Assembly: GCA_017881075.1 (NCBI GenBank)
Contig: JADGRH010000003.1
Coordinates: 128,682-192,681 of the forward strand
Length of the DNA stretch: 64,000 nt
Reading direction: 5' to 3'
DNA from: Minisyncoccota bacterium
Lineage (GTDB): Bacteria; Patescibacteriota; Minisyncoccia; Phycocordibacterales; CAJBRS01
The translations under genes were made by a program, and so were the position numbers. Shown one piece after another: positions 37,611-52,278 of the stretch. The notes below the pieces were generated by a model, which did no database searches, was not told the DNA's origin, and saw only the letters and a program-made list of their open reading frames with translations. Position 1 is the first letter of the stretch; each line of letters starts with the position of its first letter.

Positions 37611-37640
37611 AAAGGCGCCGTGTTCACGGCGCCTTTATCT
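37611..37640 (+). terminator. rho-independent terminator
   Basis: AAAGGCGCCG-TGTTCA-CGGCGCCTTT followed by an extended -10-like TGTTATAAT for the next gene. Confidence 0.7.
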
Positions 37641-37672
37641 GTTATAATGATTAAACATGCCAAAAGAAAATC

Positions 37673-38329
37673 ATGAAAATATCTAAAGAAGCCATTATCA
37701 TCGGAGTTGTCGCCATTGTCTTTGTTGTCGCTATTGTCATCTTAATCTGGAAGAGCCCCTCTTTTGTTGGTGGAGGTCCTACCCAAGTAAGTGATCAAAG
37801 TCTCTTGGTTCGGCCGACAAGCCACATGACGGCCAGTAGCAGTGCCAAGGTAACCATGGTGGAGTTCGGTGATTATCAGTGTCCGGCTTGTGCTGCTTAT
37901 TACCCCTTAATCAAACAGGTTACTGAATTCTATAAGAATAATCCGAATTTTAATTTTGTCTTCCGCAATTTTCCTTTACCTCAACACGCCAATGCTCAAA
38001 TATCGGCCGAAGCGGCCGAAGCGGCCGGGGCACAGGGGAAATATTGGCAGATGCATGACCTCTTATATCAAAATCAGCAAAGTTGGGCCGACATCAAAGA
38101 CCCGCTTCCTATTTTTATTACCTATGCCACCACCATAGGTCTTGATGTAAATAAATTTAAGCAGGAAGTGAGTGCTAAAACCTATCAGGTGGTAATTGAT
38201 GCTGACCTCGCTGATGATAGTAAGCTCGGTCTTGACCATACTCCAACAGTTTTCATTAATAAAGAAGAGCAAACCAATTTGTCCGTAGCTTCTCTAGAAG
38301 CGAAGATTGACGCTCTTCTGGCAAAATAG
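37673..38329 (+). CDS. DsbA-family thiol:disulfide oxidoreductase, membrane-anchored
   Basis: N-terminal TM helix; thioredoxin CPAC active site in MVEFGDYQCPACAAYYP. Confidence 0.8.
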   Translation: MKISKEAIIIGVVAIVFVVAIVILIWKSPSFVGGGPTQVSDQSLLVRPTSHMTASSSAKVTMVEFGDYQCPACAAYYPLIKQVTEFYKNNPNFNFVFRNFPLPQHANAQISAEAAEAAGAQGKYWQMHDLLYQNQQSWADIKDPLPIFITYATTIGLDVNKFKQEVSAKTYQVVIDADLADDSKLGLDHTPTVFINKEEQTNLSVASLEAKIDALLAK

Positions 38330-38350
38330 ATTTAATGTTAAAATCAATAA

Positions 38351-38665
38351 ATGAGAACTAGATACTGGTTTCGGCCAAAACGATTGGGTGATTTTGCGGC
38401 GTATTATCCGGTTAATTTCCCCGGCTGGGTGGTAACACTGTCTTCTTTATTTTTCCTCATTTATTTTTTCGTCGTTGATACCCAGATTGTCTATCGGGCT
38501 GGCGGCGGGTTACTGCATTTTCTGCTTGAGCTAATTGTTATTTTTCTGATTTACGATTTGTTTTGTTTTCGCACCGGCGAATATCCTAGCTGGTGGAGTG
38601 GCCGTCATTGGCGACACAAAATGCATCGACATCATCCGGCAAATCGGGCCCACCATGAAAAATAG
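38351..38665 (+). CDS. small membrane protein with His-rich C-terminus
   Basis: Two TM helices then HWRHKMHRHHPANRAHHEK; 104 aa. Confidence 0.4.
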   Translation: MRTRYWFRPKRLGDFAAYYPVNFPGWVVTLSSLFFLIYFFVVDTQIVYRAGGGLLHFLLELIVIFLIYDLFCFRTGEYPSWWSGRHWRHKMHRHHPANRAHHEK

Positions 38666-38740
38666 TTTCGGATTATACGTTCAGATGGTAGAATAGGAAA
38701 TTATTAAAGAAGGAGGGTTTTATTAAATAAACAATAATTT

Positions 38741-40687
<1,947 letters not shown>

Positions 40688-40690
40688 GAT

Positions 40691-43014
<2,324 letters not shown>

Positions 43015-43016
43015 GA

Positions 43017-44549
43017 TTAATTAGAAAAGTAATTTTTAGAAAAGTCTTCGACAGCTTTTTTTAATTCAATTCGAATATTGTCAGCTAGTTCTTTTTTCTC
43101 TCGTAATTTTTTCAAAGTGTTTGGATGATTGGTCTTTAAAAATTTCAAATACTCCGTCTCAAACTTTGAGACTTTTTCAATCGGTACGGAATCTAGTGAT
43201 CCATCAGTGGTGGCCAAAATGGAAGCCACTTGATTTTCAAAAGAAACCCCGTGATATTGAGGTTGTTTCAAGATTTCCGTCAATCGCCGTCCACGGTCAA
43301 TTTTCAGACGAGTGGCGCTGTCAAGATCTTGACCAAATTGAGCAAAGGCGGCCAGTTCTCGGAATTGAGCCAATTCCAGTCGCAATGTTCCAGCCACCTT
43401 TTTCATGGCCTTGGTCTGAGCGGCCGAGCCTACTCGGGAAACAGAAAGACCAACATTCACAGCCGGTCGAATTCCTTGATAGAAAAGTTCTGGCTCCAGA
43501 TAGATCTGGCCGTCAGTGATGGAGATGACATTAGTAGGAATGTAAGCGGAAATATCTCCGAGTTGGGTTTCAATAATTGGAAGAGCGGTGAGTGAGCCAC
43601 CACCATGTTCTTTGTTTAATTTTGCGGCGCGTTCCAAGAGTCGAGAATGAAGATAAAAAATGTCTCCCGGATAAGCCTCTCGTCCTGGCGGTCGGCGCAA
43701 GAGTAGGGAAATCTGACGATATGCCCAGGCATGTTTGGAAAGATCGTCATAAACCACTAGAGCGTCTTGACCTTTAGTCATGAAATATTCTCCGATGGCG
43801 CAGCCGGCATACGGAGCCAGATACTGAAGGGCAGCGGGCGCTGACGCGCCCGCCATCACCACAATGGTATATTTCATCGCTCCGCTTTGTTTTAATTTCT
43901 CCACTATCTGAGCCACTTTTGATTCCTTCTGTCCGATAGCGACATAAATACAGATCGGAGTAGAGAACTCAGTGTCGTTTGCTTGGTTGATGATGGTATC
44001 AATAGCGATAGCTGTTTTTCCGGTTTGGCGATCTCCGATAATTAATTCTCGTTGGCCTCGGCCGATAGGAATAGCGGCATCTATTACCTTGATGCCGGTG
44101 TGGAGTGGGGTGTTTACCGATTGACGGGTAATAACTCCCGGAGCAATTTTTTCCAAGAGCTGATTCTCCATCTCGTTTCTATTTAAAGGCGAGCCACCAT
44201 CAATCGGCTCGCCAAGCGGATTGATCACTCGGCCAATTAAATTTTCTCCCACGGGAATAGAAAGGATAGTGCCAGTACTTTTTACCGTCTGCCCCTCCTT
44301 AATTCTTTCCGAATTGCCGAGAACGATAGCGCCGACGCTGGACTCTTCCAGGTTAAGGGCCAGTCCCAGCACTTTTCCATCTTCCGTTTCAAATTCAAGC
44401 ATTTCCGAATATCGGCAGTCGGAGAGTCCACGAATAGTGGCAACACCGTCACCCATTCGAATAACTTCGCCGACATTACGGATCGCCGGCCCCGATTTAA
44501 TGCCGGCGATCTCTTCTTTTAATTGATTTAATATTGATTCAGTATCCAT
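43017..44549 (-). CDS. atpA: F1Fo ATP synthase subunit alpha
   Basis: [16 protein letters not shown]-loop. Confidence 0.97.
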   Translation of the reverse strand: MDTESILNQLKEEIAGIKSGPAIRNVGEVIRMGDGVATIRGLSDCRYSEMLEFETEDGKVLGLALNLEESSVGAIVLGNSERIKEGQTVKSTGTILSIPVGENLIGRVINPLGEPIDGGSPLNRNEMENQLLEKIAPGVITRQSVNTPLHTGIKVIDAAIPIGRGQRELIIGDRQTGKTAIAIDTIINQANDTEFSTPICIYVAIGQKESKVAQIVEKLKQSGAMKYTIVVMAGASAPAALQYLAPYAGCAIGEYFMTKGQDALVVYDDLSKHAWAYRQISLLLRRPPGREAYPGDIFYLHSRLLERAAKLNKEHGGGSLTALPIIETQLGDISAYIPTNVISITDGQIYLEPELFYQGIRPAVNVGLSVSRVGSAAQTKAMKKVAGTLRLELAQFRELAAFAQFGQDLDSATRLKIDRGRRLTEILKQPQYHGVSFENQVASILATTDGSLDSVPIEKVSKFETEYLKFLKTNHPNTLKKLREKKELADNIRIELKKAVEDFSKNYFSN

Positions 44550-44557
44550 AAAACCTC

Positions 44558-44932
44558 CTATTTAACTGCTTCTTTTAGATTCTTTATTCGTGATTGAATG
44601 CTGTTATCGATTATCATATCTCCGATCTTGATTTTTACTCCGCCGATCAGACTTCCGTCCACCTCCTTCTTGATAAATGTTTGCTTGTGACCAATCTTCT
44701 TTGGCATATTCAAATTATGATTTTTAGCTTCAGCCACTTCCACCTTCAAACTCTTTGATTCTTCATATAAAACTTTTTCAATGGCGTAAACTATCTCACT
44801 TTCATTTTTAAGATCCCCATTCTCATTCATCATTTCGACGAATTGCTTGACGGCCTTCTTTCGGCGGCTCTTTGGAGTTTTTTCGAGAAAAGAGGAGAAT
44901 ATTCTAGCGTATTGAGCAGGGGAGTATTTCAT
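44558..44932 (-). CDS. atpH: F1Fo ATP synthase subunit delta (short OSCP form)
   Basis: C-terminal [23 protein letters not shown] pattern. Confidence 0.7.
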   Translation of the reverse strand: MKYSPAQYARIFSSFLEKTPKSRRKKAVKQFVEMMNENGDLKNESEIVYAIEKVLYEESKSLKVEVAEAKNHNLNMPKKIGHKQTFIKKEVDGSLIGGVKIKIGDMIIDNSIQSRIKNLKEAVK

Positions 44933-44933
44933 A

Positions 44934-45452
44934 TTATATAAATGTTTCGGCGTTCTGGTGGATAATAGCTAGAGCTTCTGCTTTCAGTTTTTCTTCGGCT
45001 TCTTTGTTCATAAAATCTCCAACGGTTTTTTCTACTGCCGCCGCCACCACCGAACCAATTTCACTTTTGATTTCCGATTTAATCTTTGAACGTTCTCGTT
45101 CCAATGAGATTTTACCCTCGGCGATGATTGTATTCGCTTTTTGCTCTGCTATTTTAAACGTTTCTTCAACTTGTTTTTTAGACATCACTTCGGCCTTGGA
45201 AACAATTTCTTTAGCCTGATTTCTAGCTTCGGATAGAACCTTTTGTTTTTCCGTTTCTATGTCTTGCAGACGTAAGTCAGCCTCTGCAGTTTTTGTGGCT
45301 GTGTCGGCGATGTCTTGTCGGCGTTTTTCCAAAACGCCAATGATGGGGGTGTAGACAAAGCGTTTCAAGATGTAAACCAGAATGCCAAAATTAATGGCCT
45401 GAGCTAGCAGTAGCTTCCAATCTATTCCTAGTTTAGTGATCAGCTCCGACAT
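44934..45452 (-). CDS. atpF: F1Fo ATP synthase subunit b
   Basis: Single TM helix then a long charged helix. The start was moved to ATG 45452, 8 nt after the atpE stop, because the ORF-track start at 45524 overlaps atpE. Confidence 0.75.
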   Translation of the reverse strand: MSELITKLGIDWKLLLAQAINFGILVYILKRFVYTPIIGVLEKRRQDIADTATKTAEADLRLQDIETEKQKVLSEARNQAKEIVSKAEVMSKKQVEETFKIAEQKANTIIAEGKISLERERSKIKSEIKSEIGSVVAAAVEKTVGDFMNKEAEEKLKAEALAIIHQNAETFI

Positions 45453-45459
45453 CCTTTTC

Positions 45460-45726
<267 letters not shown>

Positions 45727-45773
45727 TCATTTTCATTCTACACTATTGATTTAAAATGACAAAATATCCCGAT

Positions 45774-46529
45774 TCAATGATGAGCGGCTTCAGTGGCTTG
45801 GGAGAGGAACATTGTTGCTAGGACAGCAAAGATGAGGGCTTGGATGAAGCCGACGAATACTTCTAATCCTAAGAATGGTAGAGGGACAATGTAGGGAACC
45901 AGAAAGGTAATGATGGCAAGTAAAATTTCGCCAGCCAAGACATTTCCAAAAAGACGGAAGGAAAGAGAGATTATTTTTCCAAATTCGCTGATTATTTCCA
46001 AAATGCCGACGAAAAAATCAATTGGTCCGGTTAGTTTGATGAATTTTGAAATATGACCTTTGATACCGACGGTGACGAGGCCGACAATGTGACTCATAGT
46101 GACTACTATCAGAGCCAAAGCCAAAGTCATATTCAGATCTGCGAAGGCCGAGCGGAAAAAAGGCACAAAAACTTGCTTAGTTCCTTCTAAATGATAAAAA
46201 CCGATGCTACCGACGCCCGGGAGCATACCGAGCCAATTGGATAGCAAGACATATAGAAATATAGTGGCAGCAATGGGGAAAAATTTAACTGCATTCTCAC
46301 GGCCCCCGGCTATGGTTTCCATGAAGTTAATCAATTGATCAATAGTGAATTCCAATAGATTTTGCAGTTTGCCCGGCACTTTTTTATCATCCCGTTTTAT
46401 GTTTTTTGATAATACAAGGGCGGTGATAATTAAGATAACCATAACAATCCAAGCAGAAAAGAGGCTGTTGGTGACCGTAAAACCAAAAATATGGAAAAGC
46501 GGTTCGGCGGTGATTGAAAGATGAAGCAT
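45774..46529 (-). CDS. atpB: F1Fo ATP synthase subunit a
   Basis: Conserved [13 protein letters not shown] Arg helix. Confidence 0.9.
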   Translation of the reverse strand: MLHLSITAEPLFHIFGFTVTNSLFSAWIVMVILIITALVLSKNIKRDDKKVPGKLQNLLEFTIDQLINFMETIAGGRENAVKFFPIAATIFLYVLLSNWLGMLPGVGSIGFYHLEGTKQVFVPFFRSAFADLNMTLALALIVVTMSHIVGLVTVGIKGHISKFIKLTGPIDFFVGILEIISEFGKIISLSFRLFGNVLAGEILLAIITFLVPYIVPLPFLGLEVFVGFIQALIFAVLATMFLSQATEAAHH

Positions 46530-46533
46530 GGTA

Positions 46534-46731
46534 TTAAATCAGTTTTGAAATCTTTTTATAAACTAAAAAGCTGGAAATAGCAACGGCAAAGAGCGCACCT
46601 ATCAATATAAATAATGGAGAACTGTTTAGATTTTTATCCAATACGCGTCCCGAATAGGTAAATAGGGCGATAGGGATGGCAATAGTAAAGCCCAGATTAA
46701 ATACCAAAGAGATTAACTCTGCTCTCGCCAT
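46534..46731 (-). CDS. AtpZ/AtpI-like small membrane protein
   Basis: Two-TM protein at the head of the atp operon; start moved to ATG 46731 to avoid overlap with uvrB. Confidence 0.45.
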   Translation of the reverse strand: MARAELISLVFNLGFTIAIPIALFTYSGRVLDKNLNSSPLFILIGALFAVAISSFLVYKKISKLI

Positions 46732-46795
46732 CACATTCTTTTTCTCCTCTTGTGGTTTCTCTTTTTCCACGGGAAATAGTATAACATAGTGATTC

Positions 46796-48883
46796 ATGGC
46801 GAATTTTAAAATATTTACAAAATTCAAACCGGCGGGAGACCAGCCCAAAGCAATTGAAGATTTAGTAGGCGGAATAAAAAAAGGCTTCCGACATCAAACC
46901 TTGCTCGGAGTGACTGGTTCGGGAAAAACTTTCACTGCGGCCAATGTTATTGCTGCTATTGGGAAGCCGACCCTGGTAATTGCTCACAACAAGACTTTGG
47001 CCGCTCAATTAGCCCAAGAATACCGTGAATTCTTTCCTGATAATGCCGTCCACTACTTTGTTTCCTACTACGATTTCTATCAGCCGGAAGCCTATTTGCC
47101 GGTGACAGATACCTATATTGAAAAAGAGGCTCAAATTAACGAGGAAATTGAGCGCCTGCGTCATGCCTCCACGCAGGCGCTCCTAACCCGCCGCGACTGC
47201 ATCATCGTCGCGTCTGTCTCTTGTATTTACGGCTTGGGCTCGCCAGTAGAATATGAAAAAGTAAATCTCCGCATTCAGAAGGAAATGGTAGCTGATCGCG
47301 CCGATCTCATTCGTAAATTTATTCATATTTATTTTGACCGCACTAACGCCGACCTCACCCCGGGTCAATTCCGAGCGCTCGGTAACGCCGTTGAAATCAT
47401 GCCGGTAAACGAACGGATCATTTATAAAATGGATTTAGTAGAAGGAAAGATAGAAAAGATTTTGAAAATTGATGCCATTACTCGCCGAATCATTGAAGAA
47501 GTTGAAGTATTTTTTCTTTTTCCAGCCAAACACTTTGTCACTCCGGAGGATGAGCGAGTACGAGCTATTGAAGATATTAAAAACGAATTAGAAGAACGGC
47601 TGGCTCAATTTAAAAAGGAAGGGAAATTACTTGAAGCGGAACGCATCAAGCGGCGAACCAATTATGACTTAGCTCTTATTCGCGAAATTGGCTACTGCAA
47701 TGGAATTGAGAATTATTCTCGTCATTTCTCTGGCAAAAAGGAAGGGGAGCCACCAGATACTCTACTCTCATATTTTCCACATAATAAAGACGGAAGCGCC
47801 GATTTTCTGACCATTATTGATGAATCGCATGTGACCGTTCCCCAGATTGGTGGAATGTATGCCGGAGACGCTTCGCGAAAACAAAATTTGGTTGAACACG
47901 GCTTCCGGTTGCCTAGTGCTCGCGACAATCGACCTTTAAGATTTGACGAATTTCAAGAACGAATTGGTCAGACCATCTATACTTCGGCTACGCCGGGTAA
48001 ATTTGAGATGGAACACAGCGACCCTTCGAGGAACTCAGGGCAAGGCTTAGTAGCGGAGCAGTTAATTCGACCAACGGGACTGGTTGATCCAATGATTGAG
48101 GTCAAACCAGTGATAGAAAAACCCTTCGACAAAGCTCAGGGCAGGGGCTACAAAGGTCAGATACAGGATTTTATTGAACAGGCCGAAATTGAAGTGAAAA
48201 AAGGCAATCGAGTTATTGCTACCACTTTGACTAAAAAGATGGCAGAAGATCTAAGTGAGTATTTAAAAGAAAAGAAAATCAAAGCCGAATATCTTCACAG
48301 CGAGATTCAAACTTTGGATCGCATTCAAATATTGACCGAATTTAGAAAAGGGAAGTTTGACATTATTGTCGGGGTCAATCTTCTGCGAGAAGGACTGGAT
48401 CTACCGGAAGTGACACTGATCGGCATCTTGGATGCAGACAGGGAAGGATTTCTCCGTTCCGAAACATCATTAATTCAAACAATTGGCCGCGCCGCTCGAA
48501 ATATTGATGGCCGGGTGATTCTTTACGCAGACCATGTGACTGGATCAATGGAAAAGGCTATGAGCGAGACGAAACGCAGACGCGATCTTCAGATTGCTTA
48601 CAACACTAAGCATGGCATCACTCCGAAGACCATAATTAAGGCCATCCAAGACATCACCGATCAGATCGAAAGCGAGCACGCCAAGACATTAAAAACCCTC
48701 CTTCAATTTGACGAAGCTCGATTCCAAAAAAACCCCAAGAAATTAATTGAAGAGAAACAAAAACAGATGAATAATGCGGTAAAGGTACTAGATTTCGAAA
48801 CAGCCGCTATTTTGAGAGATGAGATTAAAGAGTTGTTGTTGAAGATGGAGGGAAAGTCTTCAGTTAAAGCTAAAAAGAAGTAG
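46796..48883 (+). CDS. uvrB: excinuclease ABC subunit B
   Basis: Helicase motifs GVTGSGKT and DESH, beta-hairpin, and a C-terminal UvrB/UvrC interaction helix; contains two lineage-specific insertions at nt 48021-48147. Confidence 0.95.
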   Translation: MANFKIFTKFKPAGDQPKAIEDLVGGIKKGFRHQTLLGVTGSGKTFTAANVIAAIGKPTLVIAHNKTLAAQLAQEYREFFPDNAVHYFVSYYDFYQPEAYLPVTDTYIEKEAQINEEIERLRHASTQALLTRRDCIIVASVSCIYGLGSPVEYEKVNLRIQKEMVADRADLIRKFIHIYFDRTNADLTPGQFRALGNAVEIMPVNERIIYKMDLVEGKIEKILKIDAITRRIIEEVEVFFLFPAKHFVTPEDERVRAIEDIKNELEERLAQFKKEGKLLEAERIKRRTNYDLALIREIGYCNGIENYSRHFSGKKEGEPPDTLLSYFPHNKDGSADFLTIIDESHVTVPQIGGMYAGDASRKQNLVEHGFRLPSARDNRPLRFDEFQERIGQTIYTSATPGKFEMEHSDPSRNSGQGLVAEQLIRPTGLVDPMIEVKPVIEKPFDKAQGRGYKGQIQDFIEQAEIEVKKGNRVIATTLTKKMAEDLSEYLKEKKIKAEYLHSEIQTLDRIQILTEFRKGKFDIIVGVNLLREGLDLPEVTLIGILDADREGFLRSETSLIQTIGRAARNIDGRVILYADHVTGSMEKAMSETKRRRDLQIAYNTKHGITPKTIIKAIQDITDQIESEHAKTLKTLLQFDEARFQKNPKKLIEEKQKQMNNAVKVLDFETAAILRDEIKELLLKMEGKSSVKAKKK
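48021..48147 (+). repeat. pair of 25-27-nt direct repeats inside uvrB, read in different frames
   Basis: ACCCTTCGAGGAACTCAGGGCAAGG at 48021 and ACCCTTCGACAAAGCTCAGGGCAGGGG at 48121. They encode DPSRNSGQG and KPFDKAQGRG, at two positions where UvrB homologs are shorter. Confidence 0.6.
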
Positions 48884-48889
48884 ATATAT

Positions 48890-49480
48890 AAAAGAAAACA
48901 GGCGGCACCAACTTGATAGTGCTCGCCCGATATTCAGATTAACGTAACGAAAAATCCTGGCAGGCCCAGGGGTGTGGCCCTGTTGAAGGTTTGACCCTTC
49001 GTCAGAACTCACGACCACCTGGTCCGAGGGTATTGCTACCCACTGGGTACCGGTTGACCCTTCTCATTTGCCGAATTTTTACATTCGGATATGCCTAGCT
49101 GCTAGAGGAACCCGTATTTATCGTGTTTCGCCCCTCTGAGCTTTGAGCCTGAATAAATTCAGACATCGGTGTGAGACTCACCAGCATCTCCTTCGCATCT
49201 TTGGTCACTTACGCAACCTAGATCTACAGGATTTGTGTATTGAGGTAACCGCACCTTATGGTACGGTTGAAGCCAGTGTCCTTTCGGACTGCTCCCCTTA
49301 CCACAGGTGGTGGTGCCGTATTGCCGAAGCTTTACAGCGTCACTCCCAAGTTTTCGTCTTGTCTAAGGACTATTAATGCGTTGCTTTTAAGGGCAACTTC
49401 ACTAAACGATTTGTCTTTTTTAAGGACTCCTCGCTGACTGGTGAGAAACTTTATCAAATCCAAAATTAGAGTCAAGGGGG
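48890..49480 (+). other. GC-rich, hairpin-dense non-coding island between uvrB and uvrA (candidate structured ncRNA, family not identified)
   Basis: About 590 nt with no credible ORF; multiple local hairpins (GAAGG-TTTGAC-CCTTC, GGGTA-TTGC-TACCC, CCGAAT-TTTTAC-ATTCGG, GTCC-TTTC-GGAC, GTTGC-TTTTAAGG-GCAAC); GC about 10 points above flanks. Confidence 0.3.
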
Positions 49481-49640
49481 ATAACTCAACAGAAATTATT
49501 TTTTATTTTTTGTCAAATTTTTAGCTTTTCTTTACAATTTCTTCATCTCTAATACAATTACCTCATTCATATAAGTTATATAACGCCATCGGCGGGTTAT
49601 TTCTGTTTATGAATAAAAGAAAAAATACCAATGGTGCCCA

Positions 49641-52271
49641 TTGGTAAAAGAAATAATGTCTAAATCAAACGAAAAACATAATCATCCTTCCGATCATATC
49701 GTGGTAAAAGGGGCCAGAACTCATAATCTGAAGAATATTACCGTTGAGATGCCACGCAACAAGATGATCGCCATTACCGGTATTTCTGGCTCCGGTAAAT
49801 CATCTCTTGCTTTTGATACTATCTTCGCTGAAGGTCAGCGCCGTTATGTTGAGTCGCTTTCTTCCTATGCTCGCCAATTTCTTCGTCAGATGCAAAAGCC
49901 GGATGTAGATGAGATTATTGGTCTTTCTCCCGCCATTTCGATTGATCAGAAATCGCGGTCTAATAATCCGCGTTCAACAGTAGCGACCATTACCGAAATC
50001 TATGACTATTTGCGTATTCTATATGCTCGAATTGGTCGGCCGCACTGTTTAGTCTGTGGCCGAGAGATTAAGAAGCTCTCAAAAGAAGAAATTCTTGAAA
50101 CTATCTTTAGTACTGTCAGCGACCTCGATACTTCCAAGGCGGATAAGAAAATAATGGGTGTGAAATATAATGATTTAAAATTCAGTATCTTCTCGCCGCT
50201 GGTTGTCGGCAGGAAAGGAGAGTATTACCAGATGCTTTATGATTTGCTCGGTAAAGGTTACGAAAAAGTCAAGGTAGATGGCCAGATGAAAAGTTTGCGC
50301 GACCAGATTATTCTTTCCAAAAATAAAAAGCACGACATCGATGTTTTGGTGGATGAATTTTTCATTTCCGAAATGAATTCTAAAGATAAAAAGTTGCAAG
50401 AGAGTTTTCAGGAAAGATTGAATGAGGCGATTGAAAAGGCTCTGGAGGAATCGGAAGGGCTACTTCGTATTACAGCCTTCAATAAAGATCATCTCATCTC
50501 CTCAAAATTTATGTGTCCTCATGATGGTTTTTCTTTTCCGGAGATTGAGCCGCGTCTTTTCTCTTTTAATTCTCCATATGGGGCTTGCCCGGAATGTAAT
50601 GGGTTGGGAACGAGATATTTCTTCAGTAATGAACAATGTGACAAATGTCACGGAGCGCGGCTTCGCGATGAGGCCTTGCATGTATACCTTGGTGAGAAAA
50701 AAATAAATATCGTAGACCTCACCAGAATGTCTATAAAGGATTCGCTGAACTTTTTCACCCATCTAAAAATGTCAGCAAAAGAAAAAGAAATTTCTAAAGT
50801 GGTGGTGAAGGAAATTCAAGCCCGTCTCAATTTTATGAATGATGTCGGTATTGATTATCTGACGTTGGATAGAAAAGCCAATACTCTGTCGGGAGGTGAG
50901 GCACAACGCATCCGCCTCGCCTCACAACTGGGCTCTGGTCTCGTTGGAGCACTATATGTATTGGACGAGCCCACCATTGGCCTTCATCAGCGGGACAATG
51001 ACCGCCTAATCAAAACTCTTCTCAATTTACGAGATAGTGGCAATACCATCATCGTGGTAGAGCACGATGAAGACACTATTTATTCTGCCGACTATATCGT
51101 AGACATTGGTCCTGGCGCTGGCATTCACGGAGGGCACGTTGTTGCCTCCGGATATTTAGATGAGTTGCTAACAGCCAAGACTAATAAAACCGGCTCATTA
51201 ACTCTGGATTATTTACGAGGCGACATTAAAATTGAAATTCCGGAAAATAGAAGAACTGCGGAAAAAGGAAAGCTCTCAATTCGTGGAGGCAAAATATTTA
51301 ATATCAAGAATCTTAATATTGATATTCCACTAGGCAAACTCATTATGATTACCGGTGTTTCCGGCTCGGGAAAATCGTCCTTGATGTATGAAATTATTTA
51401 TGAAAATCTCCGCGCTCGTCTTGAGAGGAAATATCGCTCAGCCAAGACGTTCAATGCGGCAAGTTTTACAGGTACAGAATATGTGGGCCGCGCCATTTTA
51501 ATTGACCAATCGCCGATAGGTCGGACTCCTCGCTCTAATCCTGCCACATATACCGGTTCCTTTACTCATATTAGAGAAATGTTTGCCACCACTGCGGAGG
51601 CGCGAGCTCGGGGCTGGAAGGCCAACCGCTTTTCATTCAATGTGAAGGGAGGCCGTTGCGAAACCTGCCAAGGCAACGGCCTTATCGAAGTAGAAATGCA
51701 CTTCTTGCCAACCGTTTATGTCACTTGCGATGTCTGCAATGGCAAGCGGTTCATGAAGGAAACATTGGAAGTGAAATATAAAAAGAAAAGTATTTATGAT
51801 GTTTTGGAAATGACTGTGGAGGAAGCTCTAACTTTTTTTGAGGATATTCCGTCAATTTATGATCGTTTGCATACATTGAATGAAGTGGGGTTGGGATATT
51901 TGAAACTTGGTCAATCGGCCACTACTCTTTCAGGAGGTGAAGCACAACGGGTAAAAATTTCAGCCGAGCTCTATCGTCCGCATTTACAGAAAACTGTTTA
52001 TCTTTTGGATGAGCCAACAATTGGCCTTCATTACGAAGATGTGAAAAAGTTGATCCAGATATTACAGAAACTGGTGGAACGAGGCAACACCGTTATGGTC
52101 ATTGAGCATAATATGGATATGATCAAAAGCGCGGATTACGTAATTGATATTGGCCCGGAAGGAGGTGATAGAGGTGGAAACTTGGTAGCAAAAGGCACGC
52201 CTGAAGAAGTAGCGAATAATGATAAGAGTTACACGGGGGAGTATTTGAGGAAGGTGTTGAAGAAAAAGTAA
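49641..52271 (+). CDS. uvrA: excinuclease ABC subunit A
   Basis: Two ABC ATPase modules (GISGSGKSS and GVSGSGKSS) and Zn-finger Cys clusters; start may be the ATG at 49656. Confidence 0.95.
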   Translation: MVKEIMSKSNEKHNHPSDHIVVKGARTHNLKNITVEMPRNKMIAITGISGSGKSSLAFDTIFAEGQRRYVESLSSYARQFLRQMQKPDVDEIIGLSPAISIDQKSRSNNPRSTVATITEIYDYLRILYARIGRPHCLVCGREIKKLSKEEILETIFSTVSDLDTSKADKKIMGVKYNDLKFSIFSPLVVGRKGEYYQMLYDLLGKGYEKVKVDGQMKSLRDQIILSKNKKHDIDVLVDEFFISEMNSKDKKLQESFQERLNEAIEKALEESEGLLRITAFNKDHLISSKFMCPHDGFSFPEIEPRLFSFNSPYGACPECNGLGTRYFFSNEQCDKCHGARLRDEALHVYLGEKKINIVDLTRMSIKDSLNFFTHLKMSAKEKEISKVVVKEIQARLNFMNDVGIDYLTLDRKANTLSGGEAQRIRLASQLGSGLVGALYVLDEPTIGLHQRDNDRLIKTLLNLRDSGNTIIVVEHDEDTIYSADYIVDIGPGAGIHGGHVVASGYLDELLTAKTNKTGSLTLDYLRGDIKIEIPENRRTAEKGKLSIRGGKIFNIKNLNIDIPLGKLIMITGVSGSGKSSLMYEIIYENLRARLERKYRSAKTFNAASFTGTEYVGRAILIDQSPIGRTPRSNPATYTGSFTHIREMFATTAEARARGWKANRFSFNVKGGRCETCQGNGLIEVEMHFLPTVYVTCDVCNGKRFMKETLEVKYKKKSIYDVLEMTVEEALTFFEDIPSIYDRLHTLNEVGLGYLKLGQSATTLSGGEAQRVKISAELYRPHLQKTVYLLDEPTIGLHYEDVKKLIQILQKLVERGNTVMVIEHNMDMIKSADYVIDIGPEGGDRGGNLVAKGTPEEVANNDKSYTGEYLRKVLKKK

Positions 52272-52278
52272 ATGGGTC

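Noticed and set aside
49143-49376. 77-aa ORF inside the uvrB-uvrA GC-rich island.
   Set aside because: No RBS, His/Cys/Arg-rich composition without a family, and it spans predicted hairpins. Most likely non-coding.
48890-49480. RNase P RNA, tmRNA or SRP RNA assignment for the GC-rich islands at 16500-16905, 30610-30918, 48890-49480 and 53700-53995.
   Set aside because: I could not find the universally conserved RNase P P4 sequence GGAAAGUCC on either strand. I also found no tRNA-like termini with an alanine resume-codon context for tmRNA, and no GGAAGGAAGCAGC-like SRP domain IV motif. Only a partial AAAGUCCG occurs at 16745. Family assignment is therefore left open.
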